Source: Saprolegnia diclina VS20 (lineage: Eukaryota). From it: 64,000 nucleotides of DNA. The stretch is taken from positions 887,627 through 951,626 of the forward strand of contig NW_008246069.1 of NCBI RefSeq assembly GCF_000281045.1, in the 5' to 3' direction. The notes under the pieces were generated by a model. It worked only from the letters and a program-made list of their open reading frames with translations, was not told where the DNA came from and did not search any database. The first letter of the stretch is position 1, and each line of letters opens with the position of its first letter. Positions 46,601-59,735 of this stretch are shown piece after piece. The position numbers and the translations under genes are program-made.

Positions 46601-49600
46601 TTGACGCAACATGGCACTCTGTACCCGGCGATCGGCCTCTACCAACGTGACGACCAGGTCACGCTCGTGCCGGCGTCGCTCGGCTCCTCGTCTGCGACGA
46701 TTAGTGCTGACCACGCGATTACGCCCTTGTACCAAGAGGTCGTGTTGCACACCTTCTTTGAGTATGTGCACTCAGTCGTCGAGTCGCTGCCCGATTTTTT
46801 GCTCGCGCTTGGTTTGCCGCTCTTCAGCTCGCTGTGTTTGCTCGTGCGCCAGGCCCAGCGCAACCCGAACCACCCGCTTGCAACCATGTTTGCGTTGCAT
46901 CTCCTTCCCAAGTGCATGGAAGTGCTGCTGCGTCTGGATGAACCAAAGTCGACGACAAACCAACAAGGTCAGCTCGGTCTTGCAATCGACGGCAAGTGGG
47001 AACTCAAGAGCATGGCCGCCGGTACGATCCCCGCCCAGCAATATGTTTTGGACATCGACCAATCGCCTGACGGTGGTATGCGTGGGCACAGTGCCTCGTC
47101 TTCGGTGGCCGTCGAGGGTGTCGTCCGAGGCACGCGTGTCTCGTTTGTCGAGACGTGGACGCAAGGTGGCACGTGTCTTGTCCAGGGCCGACTCCGAATT
47201 GATGGCCGTGTCTTCCACGGCACGTACGAAGACACCAAGAGCCACACGATCGGCAGTATTGTCGGCAGTGCGCTCCTGCCGCGAGCATCGCCGTGCCCGA
47301 ACCTCAAGCTCATTGTTCAAATGGTCGTGGGCACGCTCATCGGTGCTTACAACACGGTGCTACTCACGAGCGACCCAGAGCCAAGCGCGTACCAGAGTTT
47401 CCACGCAAGTGACGAGACGGACAACACGTCGCCGTTGTCCCCGGAAGCTACAACCGAGGAGTACGAAGAGTGGGTGCAGAGCCCGCTATTTAGCGGAGGT
47501 CTTCCAGAGCTTTTGCCGCACGTGACCGTCGCCGCTCAGCGTTTTGCTGTGCCAACTGCTCGCTGGTCCGCGATGGCGTCACGATGGACTCAAGCCGTGT
47601 CACCGACGCTCACGTCTGTCCCTGTGGAGCCATCGACATTCTTGGCGGATCTTATCGCCGGGCGCAACGATGTCGACGCGCATATCACCAAGCACGCTGG
47701 CGAGTCGCCGTTCTTGCGTCTCGGTGGCGACGCGATGAAGACGGCGCGGCGTATGATCTGCGCATGCATGCTCTGGCACACGGGCTTGACGCTCGACAAC
47801 ATGGTCATCTCGGAGACTGACCGGCCGCACGAGAACGTACTTCACATTTGGCGCGCGGCCCAGCGCGTGGTCGAATGGAGCGTGCGCATGAAGCAACAAC
47901 ATTCGCACAGCTACAGCGATATGGCCACGTACCTCATGCAACGCGCGCGGTTCCTCTTGCAGCTTCAGAACCCGCTCGCGCTCAATTGTGCGTCCTCGGA
48001 GCGCCTCTTTTCCGAGACACTCATGCACGTCTCGCGCTTCCTCCAGGCGACGGGTACGCACTTGGGTAAGTTGCATCAGCTGCTCTTGCGCAACGCGGGC
48101 CGCGCGTACTTTCGTGCCATGGGCTTGCACTCGATGCGATTTGTGCTCGAGCTCGGCCTCACCAACTCGTCGAGCGCCCTCTGTCATGCGCTCCAGTGGC
48201 TGCATCTGGACCCGCTCGCCGATAAGACGGCGCTCCAGAAGCTTCGCATGCACCACTTTGACCATGGCATCCACGGCTGCGGCCGCGTGCTCCATGGCCA
48301 CGTCAAGGATGCGTGGGAAGCGTTGTACGCCCACTTGGCGTCGACCTTGTCGCGCGCGACGTGGGCCAAGGACGCGGATCTACAGCTTGTCGTGCTGCAA
48401 GCGTGGGGTGTGCTGATTACACCGGACGACCACGCCTTTGTGTCGCGCGTCGGTATTTTCCGCATTTTGCAGACCGTGCTTGACGAGGCCCGGTCCAGCG
48501 CGATCGTGCCCAAACACATTGTCCAAGCCGCGCTCAAGGTTGTGCATTTGCTCGCGGCCCAAGTTGCGACTGGCACACTCCCCGAAGAAACGTCGGTCGC
48601 GACGAGTATCCCTCTCTCGCGCAAGCCGTCGGGCCCAGAAACCCTCGGCAAGTCGGTGTTCGAGATGCTATTCACCGAGCTGCGGAACGCTCAAGAAGGC
48701 TCGGCGTCCAAGGAGGCGCAGCAATATGGCCTCCAGATCTGCGGGCTTTTGTACAGCGTAAGTACGGCGCCGCTCTGCCGGCAGCACTTGTCCTCGCCCA
48801 AATGGTTGCGCCTTCTTTTGCGTCTCGTCGAGACTGGTACGTCGCCGGTCCAACGCCGCGTACTTCAGCTGCTGCGTCGCCTCTTGCCGCACATCCATCC
48901 GCGCCGCTGCGTCCAGTGGGCCGAGGCTGACGATGACATGGAAGATGACACTATGATGCTGGACGATCCCGCGCCGGGTCATACACCATCGAGCCTCGTC
49001 GTCTTCTTCCTCACCGTGCTGGCGTCGTCGCTGCCCGCGAGTTTTGCACAGTGGCAACTCACGCAACTGGCAGGACCGAGCTCGCCCTCGCGCCTCTCCC
49101 CGGGCTCCTCGCACGGACTCGTCGGTGAGGTGGTGCATCTCTTGCGGTCACTCTTTGTCGCGGACGGTTGGAAGAGTATCTTGCACGACGTGCTTTTGGA
49201 TGCTCTCTCCAAGCAAGAGACGTTGTTTGTGTCCGAAGCCGATGCCCCGGATGCGCTCTTGTCGCAGTGGACGGCGTGGTATCGCGACCAGATGCAAGCC
49301 TGTGCCGCCCTTTGCGTCTTGGGTGGGCACATTGAAGGCCTCCAAGTGGGTCACATGGTCAAGCTGGCGCCACGCCCGAGCTCGTCAGATGTGGTTTTCA
49401 AGGGGGCCAAGGGCGTCTTGGTCGGCATGGACCTCGACAAGTCGTCGGTCGAGGTACTGCTGCAAAAGAGTAGCGAGTGGACGGGCGCGGGTGCGTCGAC
49501 GAGCACGAGCAACAACCGCCCGATCCGCGTCGCTCTCGAAGACATTGTACAGTGCCCCGAGGTTGAGTGGAAGGACATGCAGCCCGAAGTCGTTCAACGC

Positions 49601-52600
49601 CTTGTTGTGCACCATACGCCGCAGTTTCTTCAGGCCGTCCTCGGCATTGCCGCCCCGAGCACGACCAACGCGAGTGAAGACGAGAACAAAGAGCCCAAGG
49701 ACGCCCCGTTGTCGATGGACTTGATTCGCTCCGTGGTCGACGAAGAGCAAAAGATGCTGCAAGCGCTTGTCGGCCTGCACGGTATCCGCGCAATGGGGCC
49801 GTGGTTGCACCAACCCGCGTGCCCCGCGTGGCTCCAGCCGACGCTGCCGTTGCTCTGTCAAGTGGCGACGCTGCCCACGTCGACAAGTGGGCTCACCGAT
49901 TTGAGTATCCTCGAAGAGCAGTGGCTCCTTCTCTACCGCAAGTGGCTCGAGGAGCACCAGGGCAAGTTTCCCAAAGAGGCGTCCCCCACATCGGCGGCAG
50001 CGGCAACCGACGCTGACGCTTCAAAGTCGGCCCCAGCTGCAGCGGCGCCACCGTCGGCCATGTGCCTCCAGATGATGGAGATGGGCTTTCCGCGCGAATG
50101 GTGCGAAGTTGCGCTTGCCAAGTGCGCGTACCAAGTTGAAGTGGCCATCAACTTTTGCTTCGAGCACTCTAGCGAAATGGACCGACTCGTGCAGCAAGCG
50201 ACTCAAAAAGCCAAGGCGCCGGCGCCGCGCAAAGAGCGCGCGGAGCCGTCTGTGCCACCGATGCTTCTTGAGCAGCTGAGCGAAATGGGTTTTCCAGTCA
50301 ACTGGTGCAAGAAGGCCCTCTTGGCGAACCGCAACAATGTGGACGCGGCGCTCACGTGGATTCTCTCGAACGGCGAAGCGCTCGAAGCCGAAGACCGCCG
50401 CGAAGAAGAAAAGGCAAAGGACGTTGTCGAGCATGTTGAGCGATCGGTACGTCTCTTTTGGGGGTGTTCTGCATAATAACTTCTTCTCCTCATAGACGGT
50501 GCGGCAAGGTCCCAACCCACTTCGGCACATTAGTGGGCAGGCATCGATCTCGGACGATCTGCTTGTCGAAGGCATGGCTGGTGGCGGCTTTGCTTCTGTC
50601 GGCGCGCCGGACTGCATCGTCTTTACGGGTCGTTGGTACTACGAAGCGACGCTGCTGACGTCGGGCTGCATTCAGATTGGCTGGGTGGACGCTGCGTTCT
50701 CGGGTGCCTCGGAGCGTGGCACGGGCGTCGGCGACGGGCCGCACTCGTGGGCCTATGATGGCTGGCGCCAGCAAAAGTGGCACGGCCTCAGCAGCCCGTA
50801 TGGCCGCAAGTGGAAGGTCGGTGACATCATTGGCTGCGGCGTCGACTGCGACGCTGGGACCATCTTCTTTTGCCTCAACGGCGAGTACATGGGCGTGGCC
50901 TTCCGCGGCATTGACGTGAGCGGTGGTCTCTATCCGTGCGCGAGCTTCAACCGGCGCGAGCGCCTCGCCTTCAACTTTGGTGGTCTGCCCTTTTGCACGA
51001 CGTCGCTTGCGCATGCCAACTTTGCGCCGATCTTGCACACGCTTCCGACGGACCCAGCGACGTACGTCAAGGGGTCGCTCGAAGACAGTCTCGAAGAGTG
51101 CATGGGTGAAGAGCAATACGCATCGGACGCGCGGTACTTTGGAAAGGACCTCAAGGCTGCGGCAACCGTCCCGGGCCGCGCCAAGCTTCAAAATGCGGTG
51201 GTGCTGCAGTCGTCCTCGTCGTCGGCGTCGCTTCTTGGTGACTGGATGCAGCTCACGCGCCAGTTGGCCATTTTGCATGCCCGCAAGGCTCTTTTGGCCA
51301 TATGGAGCCAGTGGCCCGTCGACTTGGCCGTGCCTGACGTACCCGCCGATTCGTTTTACACGTTCCTCAAGCTCGTGGCGCCGTATGCAACCCAGGTGAC
51401 GAATGATGACGCGATCTTGTCGTCGCTCGACACGCTGCGACCGCTCACGCTTCAGATGCTCGCGTCGCACCCGGGTCTCGCAACGTCGATGCTGTCGGCG
51501 CTGAGCGACCATGTCGCCCTCGCTGGCACGCGCAAGTACGCCAAGATTCCGTGGGACGCACCCAACGAGCTTGTGGTCTTGTCGAGCCTCGCGCAGCTGA
51601 ACGACGCGCCGTGGACTGACAACGAAGTGCTCACGCACCCCAACGTGCACTTTGCCGAGTGGGTGACGTTTTTGTTGCTGGAGCACGGCCGCCCGTCGGT
51701 GCGTGAAGCGCTTCTACAGGCGTGGATTTGTGTGCTCAAGTCGCCCAGTCTGTGCTTGAAGGACAAGGCCGCGCAGCTATTGTCTCGGTTCGTGCCTGAG
51801 ATGCCGCTGGAGACGATTACGCACTTCCCGCTGGAGCGACTCGTCGCCCTCTGCGCGCAGCGCCTCGCAAAGGAGTATGTGCACTTTCCCATCTGCTCCA
51901 AGTACCTCCAACACCTCATGGAGCTGACGTCGACGTTGTGCATTGTGCACGGTGACGTCTTGCCGACGAGTTCGCTCGCCCAACGCGTCTTGGCCGCGAA
52001 AGCAGCGTACGAAACTTTGCAGCCGCTCGAGCTCCTCGAAACGTCGTGCGTGGACGAAGTCGAGAAGCAGGACGAGTCGATGGGCGACGATGACGACGAG
52101 GATGGCATGACACCGCCGCCGCCACCACCGCCAATGGATTTGGCCGCGATTGCGCAAATGAATGCCGAAGACAAGAACGGACAGCCTGTGGACGCACCGG
52201 TCGCGACTGCTACGCGCTCACCAGTGCCTCCGTTCCCGCTGCAGCTGGTCGACAGCTCACTTTTGACACCCGAGCAGCGCGCGCACATGGAAGCAGCGTA
52301 CCTCGGGTTCAAATCGGGCGCTCCCGTCTCATGGCCGTATGGCTTTGACATGGGTGTCGTCTCGGATGACGCCAAGGCGCATCTATGGACGGGCACCGTA
52401 ACACAGCTCAAGGTTCAGCGCCCCGTGGACGATCTTGAGGCGGCCAAAGCTGCGGCTGAGGTCATTCCACCGCTTGGTATTGGCTGCAAGGTCAAGCGTG
52501 GTCCGCACTGGAAGTGGCGCGATCAAGACGGTGGCGATGGCATGATTGGCACCGTCGAAGGGATCAGCCCCTGGAGCGGCGTCGAAGGCGAGGGCATGAG

Positions 52601-55600
52601 CGTCCGCTGGCCTAACGAAGCGCTCTACACCTATCGATGGGGTGCTGACGGCAACTACGATCTGACGCACGTGGAAGTCGACGACCAAAACAACGTGGTG
52701 CGAACGTACCCTACGCCCAAGCCGACGGTTGGCGCGACGCTCTCTGCTGCGGACATTCTCGCCAACCCGTTCTCAGTCGAGCTTCACTTTGGCATGGTGC
52801 TCCGAGTGTGGCCGTCGACGCATCACGGTCGTGTTGAGGGCGTCGTTGAGTGGCCGGACCATCAAGCTGTCATAGCAGTCGCCGGGACGTTTGCGGACCA
52901 CACGTTGCAGCTGCAAGAAGTGGCAATGCTTCAAGGTATCCACACGTTTGCCATGCAATGGTAATGATGTTGGATGTTCAACTAGGTGACATGGACATGG
53001 GCTGGAGCTTGCGCTTTGGCTGCGAACGGTGGCTTCCCGGCACCAAGTACTCGCTCGTCGTTGACGCATCGACTTGCTGGGGCGACGCTGTCTACTATGG
53101 ATGGCACGAAAAAACGTGGTCGCTTGTCAAGAGCCAAGTGCGGCTTCAGTCGGAGCTGCTCTTCTCGCTCGACCCGCACGCCGCCAACGCGGCGCTGCAA
53201 GTTGCGACCGACGGACAAAGCGTGCAGTGCCTCAGCGGTGACTCGCGCAACCTCGTGCTGGGCACGGTCGGCTTTAGTGCCGGTGTGCACTACTGGGAGC
53301 TGCGCGTCGACCAGGCCGAGTTTGGGTCGGTCTTTCTCGGTGTCTGCGAAAAGCAGACCAAGGGCACGACGGTCGTCAACCTCAACCGGTGGCAGGGCTG
53401 GGGCTTTGTCAACTTTCGCGCGACGTACCACAACTCGACTGAGCGCATCTACGGCGATCACTTTAACGCGGGCGACACGATTGGCGTCTGCCTCAACATG
53501 GAGTCGGGTACGAAGATGGCACCTCGATGAATCAACAGGTCGTGACGACGTGCTGTAGGCAAGCTCTCGTTCTTTATGGACGGTATCAAGTACGGCGAGC
53601 ACATTGTGACAGACCTTGGCACGGCGTTCGAAGGTCTCAAGCACGACAACCAGAGCCCGAAGACGCTGTACCCGTGCATTGGTTTGCGCAAGGCCGGCGA
53701 CAAGGTGACGCTCAACGGCAAGTGGATCAGCTCGCCCGGCGTTCCCCCCGCACTGGTGTGCAAGACGGCCATGGCATTTTCGTCGCTGGTGCACCGCCTC
53801 GTGCAGCAGCCGCCGGCGCCGCTCCCAGAGTCGTTTGTCCACAGCGGGTATCGGCAGTACCACCGGTGGCTCACGCAGCACACACTGCGGGTCCTCACGC
53901 GTGGCCGTCTCTCTGTGGACCTTGACACGGCCGTGACGAGTTGCCAGCGCGTCTGTGACGCTGCGCAAGCACCGATTGCAATCGTCGCTGGCGATCGCGT
54001 CCGGATTCTCTCCAAGGGCGGCCGCGCGCTGGACGCACCCGAGGAAGCCGTCGTCTTGGGTATGTTATGAAGGCTTTTATACCAACAATGCTCAATCTCA
54101 ATATGTAGGCGTGTACCGCGACCGCCTCTGGTACCGCGTCGAAACCCAGGGCAACGAAGGCAGCGAGGAAGGACGGTCGTACGCGTGGTACTGGGACGGC
54201 GCCGAGCTACCTGAGCTTATTCTTGTCAAGCGCAACGGCATCGATGTGAGCGCGAGCGCGATTCCAGCGCCAGCGCCGTCGAGCACCCCGGAGCTCCACG
54301 CAGACGAGCTTTTGGCGCTTTCGAGTCTTGGCGGGTACCAATCGCTCGCGCTCGCGCCAGTGCACTCGCTCTCGACCGACGTGCAGCTGATTGAGCACCT
54401 CAACGGCCTCTGTGCGACGCACGGCGTGGACGCCGTCAACCTCTCGTGGTCGCACATTCAAGCTGTGCAGCAGCCGCTTCCCGTGGATGGTCTCTCGGCC
54501 TCGATGCTGCGCGCTCGTCTTGCGCTCCTTCTTGCCTTCCAGCAGCTCGTGTTGCAAGCGAGTCCGCTCTTGTGCTTTGACGATGGGTCGCGCACGAGCC
54601 GGGAGCTCCTCACGCTGCGGCGTCTCGTGTGTACGAGCACGAAGCTCGGCCTTTGGGACAGCGTTTTGCGCGCGACGACGACCGCGACGCCACTTCCGTC
54701 CGACGAGTACGAAGACCCGCGCGAAATTCGCGTCTTGCGCATCAACCGCATCCAAGCGCAGGCGTCCAAGCTCGCCTTGTGTCCTGCGCCGTCCGACCGC
54801 CTCCGCAAGTCGGTGTTTGGCCAACTTTATCGCGAGATGCGCACGTGGAGCGACTCTGGCTTTCGGCGCGCGTACATTGGCAAGGGCCATGGTGGACAAA
54901 AGCGTGCGTTCAAGGTCAAGTTCCTCGGCGAGGGTGTCAACGACTATGGCGGGCCGTACCGCGCGGTCTTTGAGCAAATTGTGGACGAGCTCCAGATGGA
55001 CCAGGTCGAAGTGACCAAGGGCGAGCAAGGCTTGCTGCCGCTCCTCGTGCCGTGCCCGAACCGTCGCGCTGGCACGGGCAGCAACCAAGACAAGTTTGTG
55101 CTCAACCCGAGCTGCGGCACGATCTCGGTCGCTGTGGGCCCGATCGCACTCGAGCTGCACCGCTTCCTCGGCAAGCTCATTGGTATGGCCGTGCGCCACG
55201 GCCTCCAGATGGGCCTCGACGTGCCGTCTGTCGTGTGGCGTCCGCTCGTGGGCCTGCCGTTGCATGTGGCCCACTTGCGTGAAATTGATGTCGTTGCGGC
55301 CAACATGCTCGAGCAAGTCCAGGACGACGCGTTGAATGGCGAGCCGCTCGTCTTTACGACGCATCTCAGCGACGGTACCGAGGTCCCACTGCTTCCCGAC
55401 GGTGACGCGCGGTCGGTCGACAGTAGCAACCGCGCCGAATACATCGAGCTCTCGATTCGTAAGCGATTGAACGAGAGCAGTCCGCAGCTCCAGGCGCTGC
55501 GCGAGGGCCTTGCCTCGGTGCTGCCGATGGAGCTCACGGGCCTCTTTACGGCGCGCGAGTTTGAAGTGCTCGTGTGCGGTCGGCGTCAAGTCGACGTGAA

Positions 55601-56028
55601 TCTGCTGCAGCAGTGCACCGAGTACGAAGACGTCGACCCACAGAGCGACCACATTCAGTTCTTTTGGCAAGTGCTCCACGAGCTCTCGAACGAAGACCGG
55701 ACGCTCTTCTTGCGCTTTGTGTGGGCGCGCAGCCGCATGCCCAACTCGGCCAAGGAGTTTCCAATGAACTTCAAGATCCAAGTGCGTCCGACGTCTATTC
55801 GAGTACCCTCTCGACTAACGAATGCATTAGGCGCCCCATGACCAAGGCGCGCGCCAGACCCCGGATGCGTACCTCCCGCATGCGCAGACGTGCTTCTTCT
55901 CGCTGAGCCTGCCCGCGTACTCGACCAAGGAAATTTTGCGCGCCAAGCTCCTGTACGCGATCCAAAACTCGCCCAACATGGACGCCGACGTCCGCCTGCA
56001 CAACGCCGAGGGCTGGGCCGACGCCTAG
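43681..56028 (+). CDS. Giant HECT E3 ubiquitin ligase (about 4,000 aa): UIM, SPRY, 2x UBA, SPRY, MIB/HERC2, SPRY, HECT
   Basis: UIM EEALMARAIALSL. Three SPRY domains (LYPAIGL, LYPCAS, LYPCIGL). UBA MGFPREWC and MGFPVNWC. MIB-HERC2 VKRGPHWKWRDQDGG...YRWG. HECT KFLGEGVNDYGGPYR and LPHAQTCFFSLSLP (Cys at 55891). Introns 43780-43825, 50447-50495, 52936-52985, 53508-53558, 54060-54108 and 55782-55830 keep the frame. Confidence 0.93.
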
Positions 56029-56067
56029 GACGTGACTACACATATACATACCATGCATAACCTCTCT

Positions 56068-57165
56068 TTAGAAGCGGTTCTCGAGGGCGCTAATCGCCCG
56101 CTCCCGAACGACGGGTGCGGTCGGGTGCATGAGCTGAGGGTGCGAGATGGTTGCTGCCACCAAGTGCTCTGGGGCAATCCGTCGCAGAGGCGAGTCGTTG
56201 GACGACGCAATATGGCTCAACAGCGCATCTGTGACGTCCTCCATGTAGCTCTACATACCGTCAACGCATGAGAGCCATAGGAAGAGGAAGAGTTGCTTGC
56301 CTCGACGGCCGAGGCAAAGGCGGTCATGGCACCGGGTTCGACGCGATGAAGGCCAGCTTGGAGCGCTGCTTGCTGCATGATGAGCTCGAGTGGGATCGCC
56401 TTGTGCTCCACCGGTGGTCCTTCGGCGTATGGCGGAATCGAAGCGGAGTAGATGAGACCCCCCGACGGTGCATGAAGGCGGTAGCCGGCCAAGGCAGCGT
56501 CGTTGCTGGCCAAGGCCATTGGCGCTGGCGTCGCGTCGTATGTTGGCGACGGACGCGGCGAGGGGCAAGCCAGTGCAGAGGACGAAGAGTCAAGGACGCT
56601 ACATGCACCTGCTTCCATGCACAGGCAAGAGGAGAAGAAAGGATATGGTCGGCGAGAAAACTCAAGTCGGCCGTCGCTTGGGCATCGTGATCGCTGGAGG
56701 CGGGCTCGTTCACCATGATGCCAAGCAGTTGGGCCATGGCTACAGCAAGGCGTTGCACCTTGATGCATGGTGATCGAGCCTACCCTGCTCGTGCGTCTCG
56801 ACAAGGCGGTCGGCCGTCGTCGGATGCGTCGGCGGATCTGCGAGGTCATCGATATTCGATGGGGCTGCCTGAATGACCGATCCCTTGGCCGCAGCGGCGC
56901 TCGCATGGGCGCGGCTTAGCAGCAGGACGACCAGTCGGTTGTGCAGTCGCCCTGGCATCATCCTCTTCCTCAGCATCTCAAGATCCGAGGGCGACGTACG
57001 CTGGCGCGGCGAGAGCTCGGACGCGACGACCGCATGGAGCTCGCCCAGCGAGAGTTGCAGTCGCATGTACTTCTGGAAGGCGCCCCAGTAGCGCTTCCAT
57101 CGACCGAGCTCCCGCGTCCCGCAGAGGTCCTTGAAGATGGCAAACTTGAGCTCGCGGGCTTCCAT
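56068..57165 (-). CDS. SAGA subunit ADA1/TADA1-like protein
   Basis: N-terminal RYWGAFQKYMRLQLSLGELH...RLHNRLVVLLL and a C-terminal histone-fold-like region (ALQAGLHRVEP...AVE...YMEDV...IAPEHL). Exon boundaries are approximate. Confidence 0.6.
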
Positions 57166-57468
57166 GATCTTTACAGCACGTCCAATTCGGCACTACCACT
57201 ATCCATGCCGAATTCGCGCGTGAAAGGATGCCGAATCTAACAACGCCACCACGACAAGGGCCACAGATTCGAGCCGCGTCCGTGTGAGCTGCCATGCTGG
57301 GAGGTATATATATATGGTCCTGTGTGCGGTGGTGGTATGCTCGAGATAGAGGCTCTTGGGCTCCTGGGCTTTTGGGCTGCACGCCGATGGCTTGTCTTGG
57401 ATTCGGCATTCGAATTCGGCATATGCCACGTCAAACATCATTTTCACATCGTTCGACGCCACGCCGCC

Positions 57469-59735
57469 ATGCAGCGGACCATGCTGACCCGTCGGTGCTT
57501 CTCGACGGCCGAGGTCGCGCTCGCGCAGCTGACCAACCCAACAAGCAACCACAAGGCGTGGCGCCATGCGCTCACGGCCTGGTCGTCGGACAAGTGGCGC
57601 GACGTGTTGCGCCTCGACGCGACTGTTGCAGACCACCAGCGCGCGTTTGCGACCATCTTGCAAGACCATGGCCCTATGAACCACTTCTACCTCCTCAAGC
57701 AACATCCCGGCGTAGCACCCGAGGTTCTCGATCTCTTTCTCGACGCCACGCGCATGTACCCGTACGAGCAAGTCAAGTACCGCGAGATGGACCTCATCAA
57801 GGTACGCACGCCTATACATGGCGCATCCACCATGGCACGCCTAGATCCTGCGTCAAATGGCGCTGGCGACGAGCGAAGACGCCATGGTTGCGACTGCGAT
57901 CCGCGCGCTTCTCGACTTGGCGGCGTCGTCCTCGGCGTCCTCGGACGTGTTGCACCTCTACAAGAGCCTCATGGCCGCGTCGTTCGAACCCGAGACGATA
58001 CCCGACGCGTGCTTGCAGGATGTCGTAACGACGCTGCTCGCTCACGACCACATTGATACGGTAGCATGCGTTTCGACGGCCATGCACGCTCAATGCGCTC
58101 GTACGTAGGCCCTCGACCTTCTCGCCGACTGCAAGGACACGACCGAGATGCTCGTGCCCATCGACCTCTTGACCAGCGTCTTCGAGTACCTCGGTCGTCA
58201 CGGCTCGATCGAGCGCGTCACGCGCACCGTCGATATCGCATTCGAATGGGCCTTGCCCGCCGATGCGACGACGCTCGCCGCGAGTATGCTCACGGCCTGT
58301 CTTGGGTCGGGTCACCTCACTCTCGCCCTCGACGGTACACAGCCCCAAGAGGTCTGCACGAGAGATGCACTCAGCTTTCGATAGTGTTTGATGCGATTCC
58401 GTCCGAAGTTTGGGCCGAGCAGAGTGTCTATGCACTCGCCTCGGCGCTGCCGAGTATGGTCCAGTTCAAGACCGACCTCATGGTCTTGCATATGCGGACG
58501 TCCCACGCGTTCTCGCCAGTACGCCGGCTTGCTCGAGACGTCCTCATGACGCGCGCGTGTAGAGGGTCTTGGAGCGCTACCTCTTGTCGGCCCAGCAAGT
58601 CGATGCGCCAGCGTTCCTGCGTCAGCTGCTCGACGACGTAGCCGAGCGCGGCTGGTCCATGGACCTGCTCATTACATGCGCGAAGCGAACACCCCACTCG
58701 CCCGACTGTACCTTCCTCGGTGCACCTCTTGTCGATCTCATGGCTGGTGTAGACGAGCAGCTGGCCGCGACCTTGCTCTTGCACCAGCTCGAGACACGCC
58801 CTGCACAGCGCGTTGAAGTACGTTCTGCGCACGAGGTGCGCGCACTCACTGCGCGCGCTCTAGATTCTGGCTGATTTTAAGGCGCACGTATGGAGCAAAA
58901 CGTGGCTCCGCGTCGCGAACCTCATGCTCGCGCAGCTGGTGCGAGACGCGCCGTCGCGGGCCGTCGCATTGTACACGTCGCTCTTTGCATCGTCGGGCGA
59001 CGACACGATGCACGTGCGCAGTAGCTTGCACCCGCTGCTCCTGCACCTCGCCAACCACGGTCATATCGACGAGGTAGCATCGCCCATAACAATGCTTCTT
59101 GGCAGATCGTATTGTAGGTGCTCGCCCTCCTCACGTTCGCCAAGGCCATGGCCATCAAGCCCCGCGCGGACGACCTCGCGACCGTCGCCGCCGGTCTCGC
59201 CAAGCACCCGCTCGCATCTCTGCACGCGCGGCCATTGATAGCAACGTACATTGATCTGCTCACGTCGATGCGCATCCCAACGACGCTCCGCGTGTGGCGC
59301 CACATGATCCTGCTCGCCAATGCAACGCACGACCCGACGTCCGCATTTGCAGGTAGATGGCGGCGAGAGGCGAGGTCGTGATCTAGACTCTCGTAGTCTA
59401 CGCCGTCATGCAGGACAAGCGCATCAAGATGTCGGAAGCGATCGCGCTCGAACTCCTCCGCGCGGCGCGCAAGGACTTCTGTCGCTTCACGCGGCTGTAC
59501 GACGATGCAATGGCGGCCAACGCAGGCTCCACGGTACCTCTTTCAGCAACGTTCGCATCGATGTAATGATACGACGCGGTGCTAGCGCCTCTTTGGGCTC
59601 GTGCTCAAGACCGCTTGCTACGAGCAGGACCCGGCGTTCCTTCGGCGGGTCTTGAGCGACATTGCGGCCAGCGCCTTCTCATCGCGCGCCGCTCCACCCA
59701 CGTCGTCGTCCTCCCACGCGCTACCTGTCGTCTAG
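57469..59735 (+). CDS. Multi-exon alpha-helical repeat hypothetical protein, probably mitochondrial (PPR-like)
   Basis: Presequence-like MQRTMLTRRCFSTA, Leu/Ala-rich helical exons separated by about 10 short GT-AG introns. The 3' end is uncertain. Confidence 0.55.

Noticed and set aside
43858..55781. Long antisense ORFs inside the HECT gene (e.g. 524 aa, 398 aa, 328 aa)
   Set aside because: They are expected shadows of GC-rich codon usage on the sense strand and have no independent protein features.
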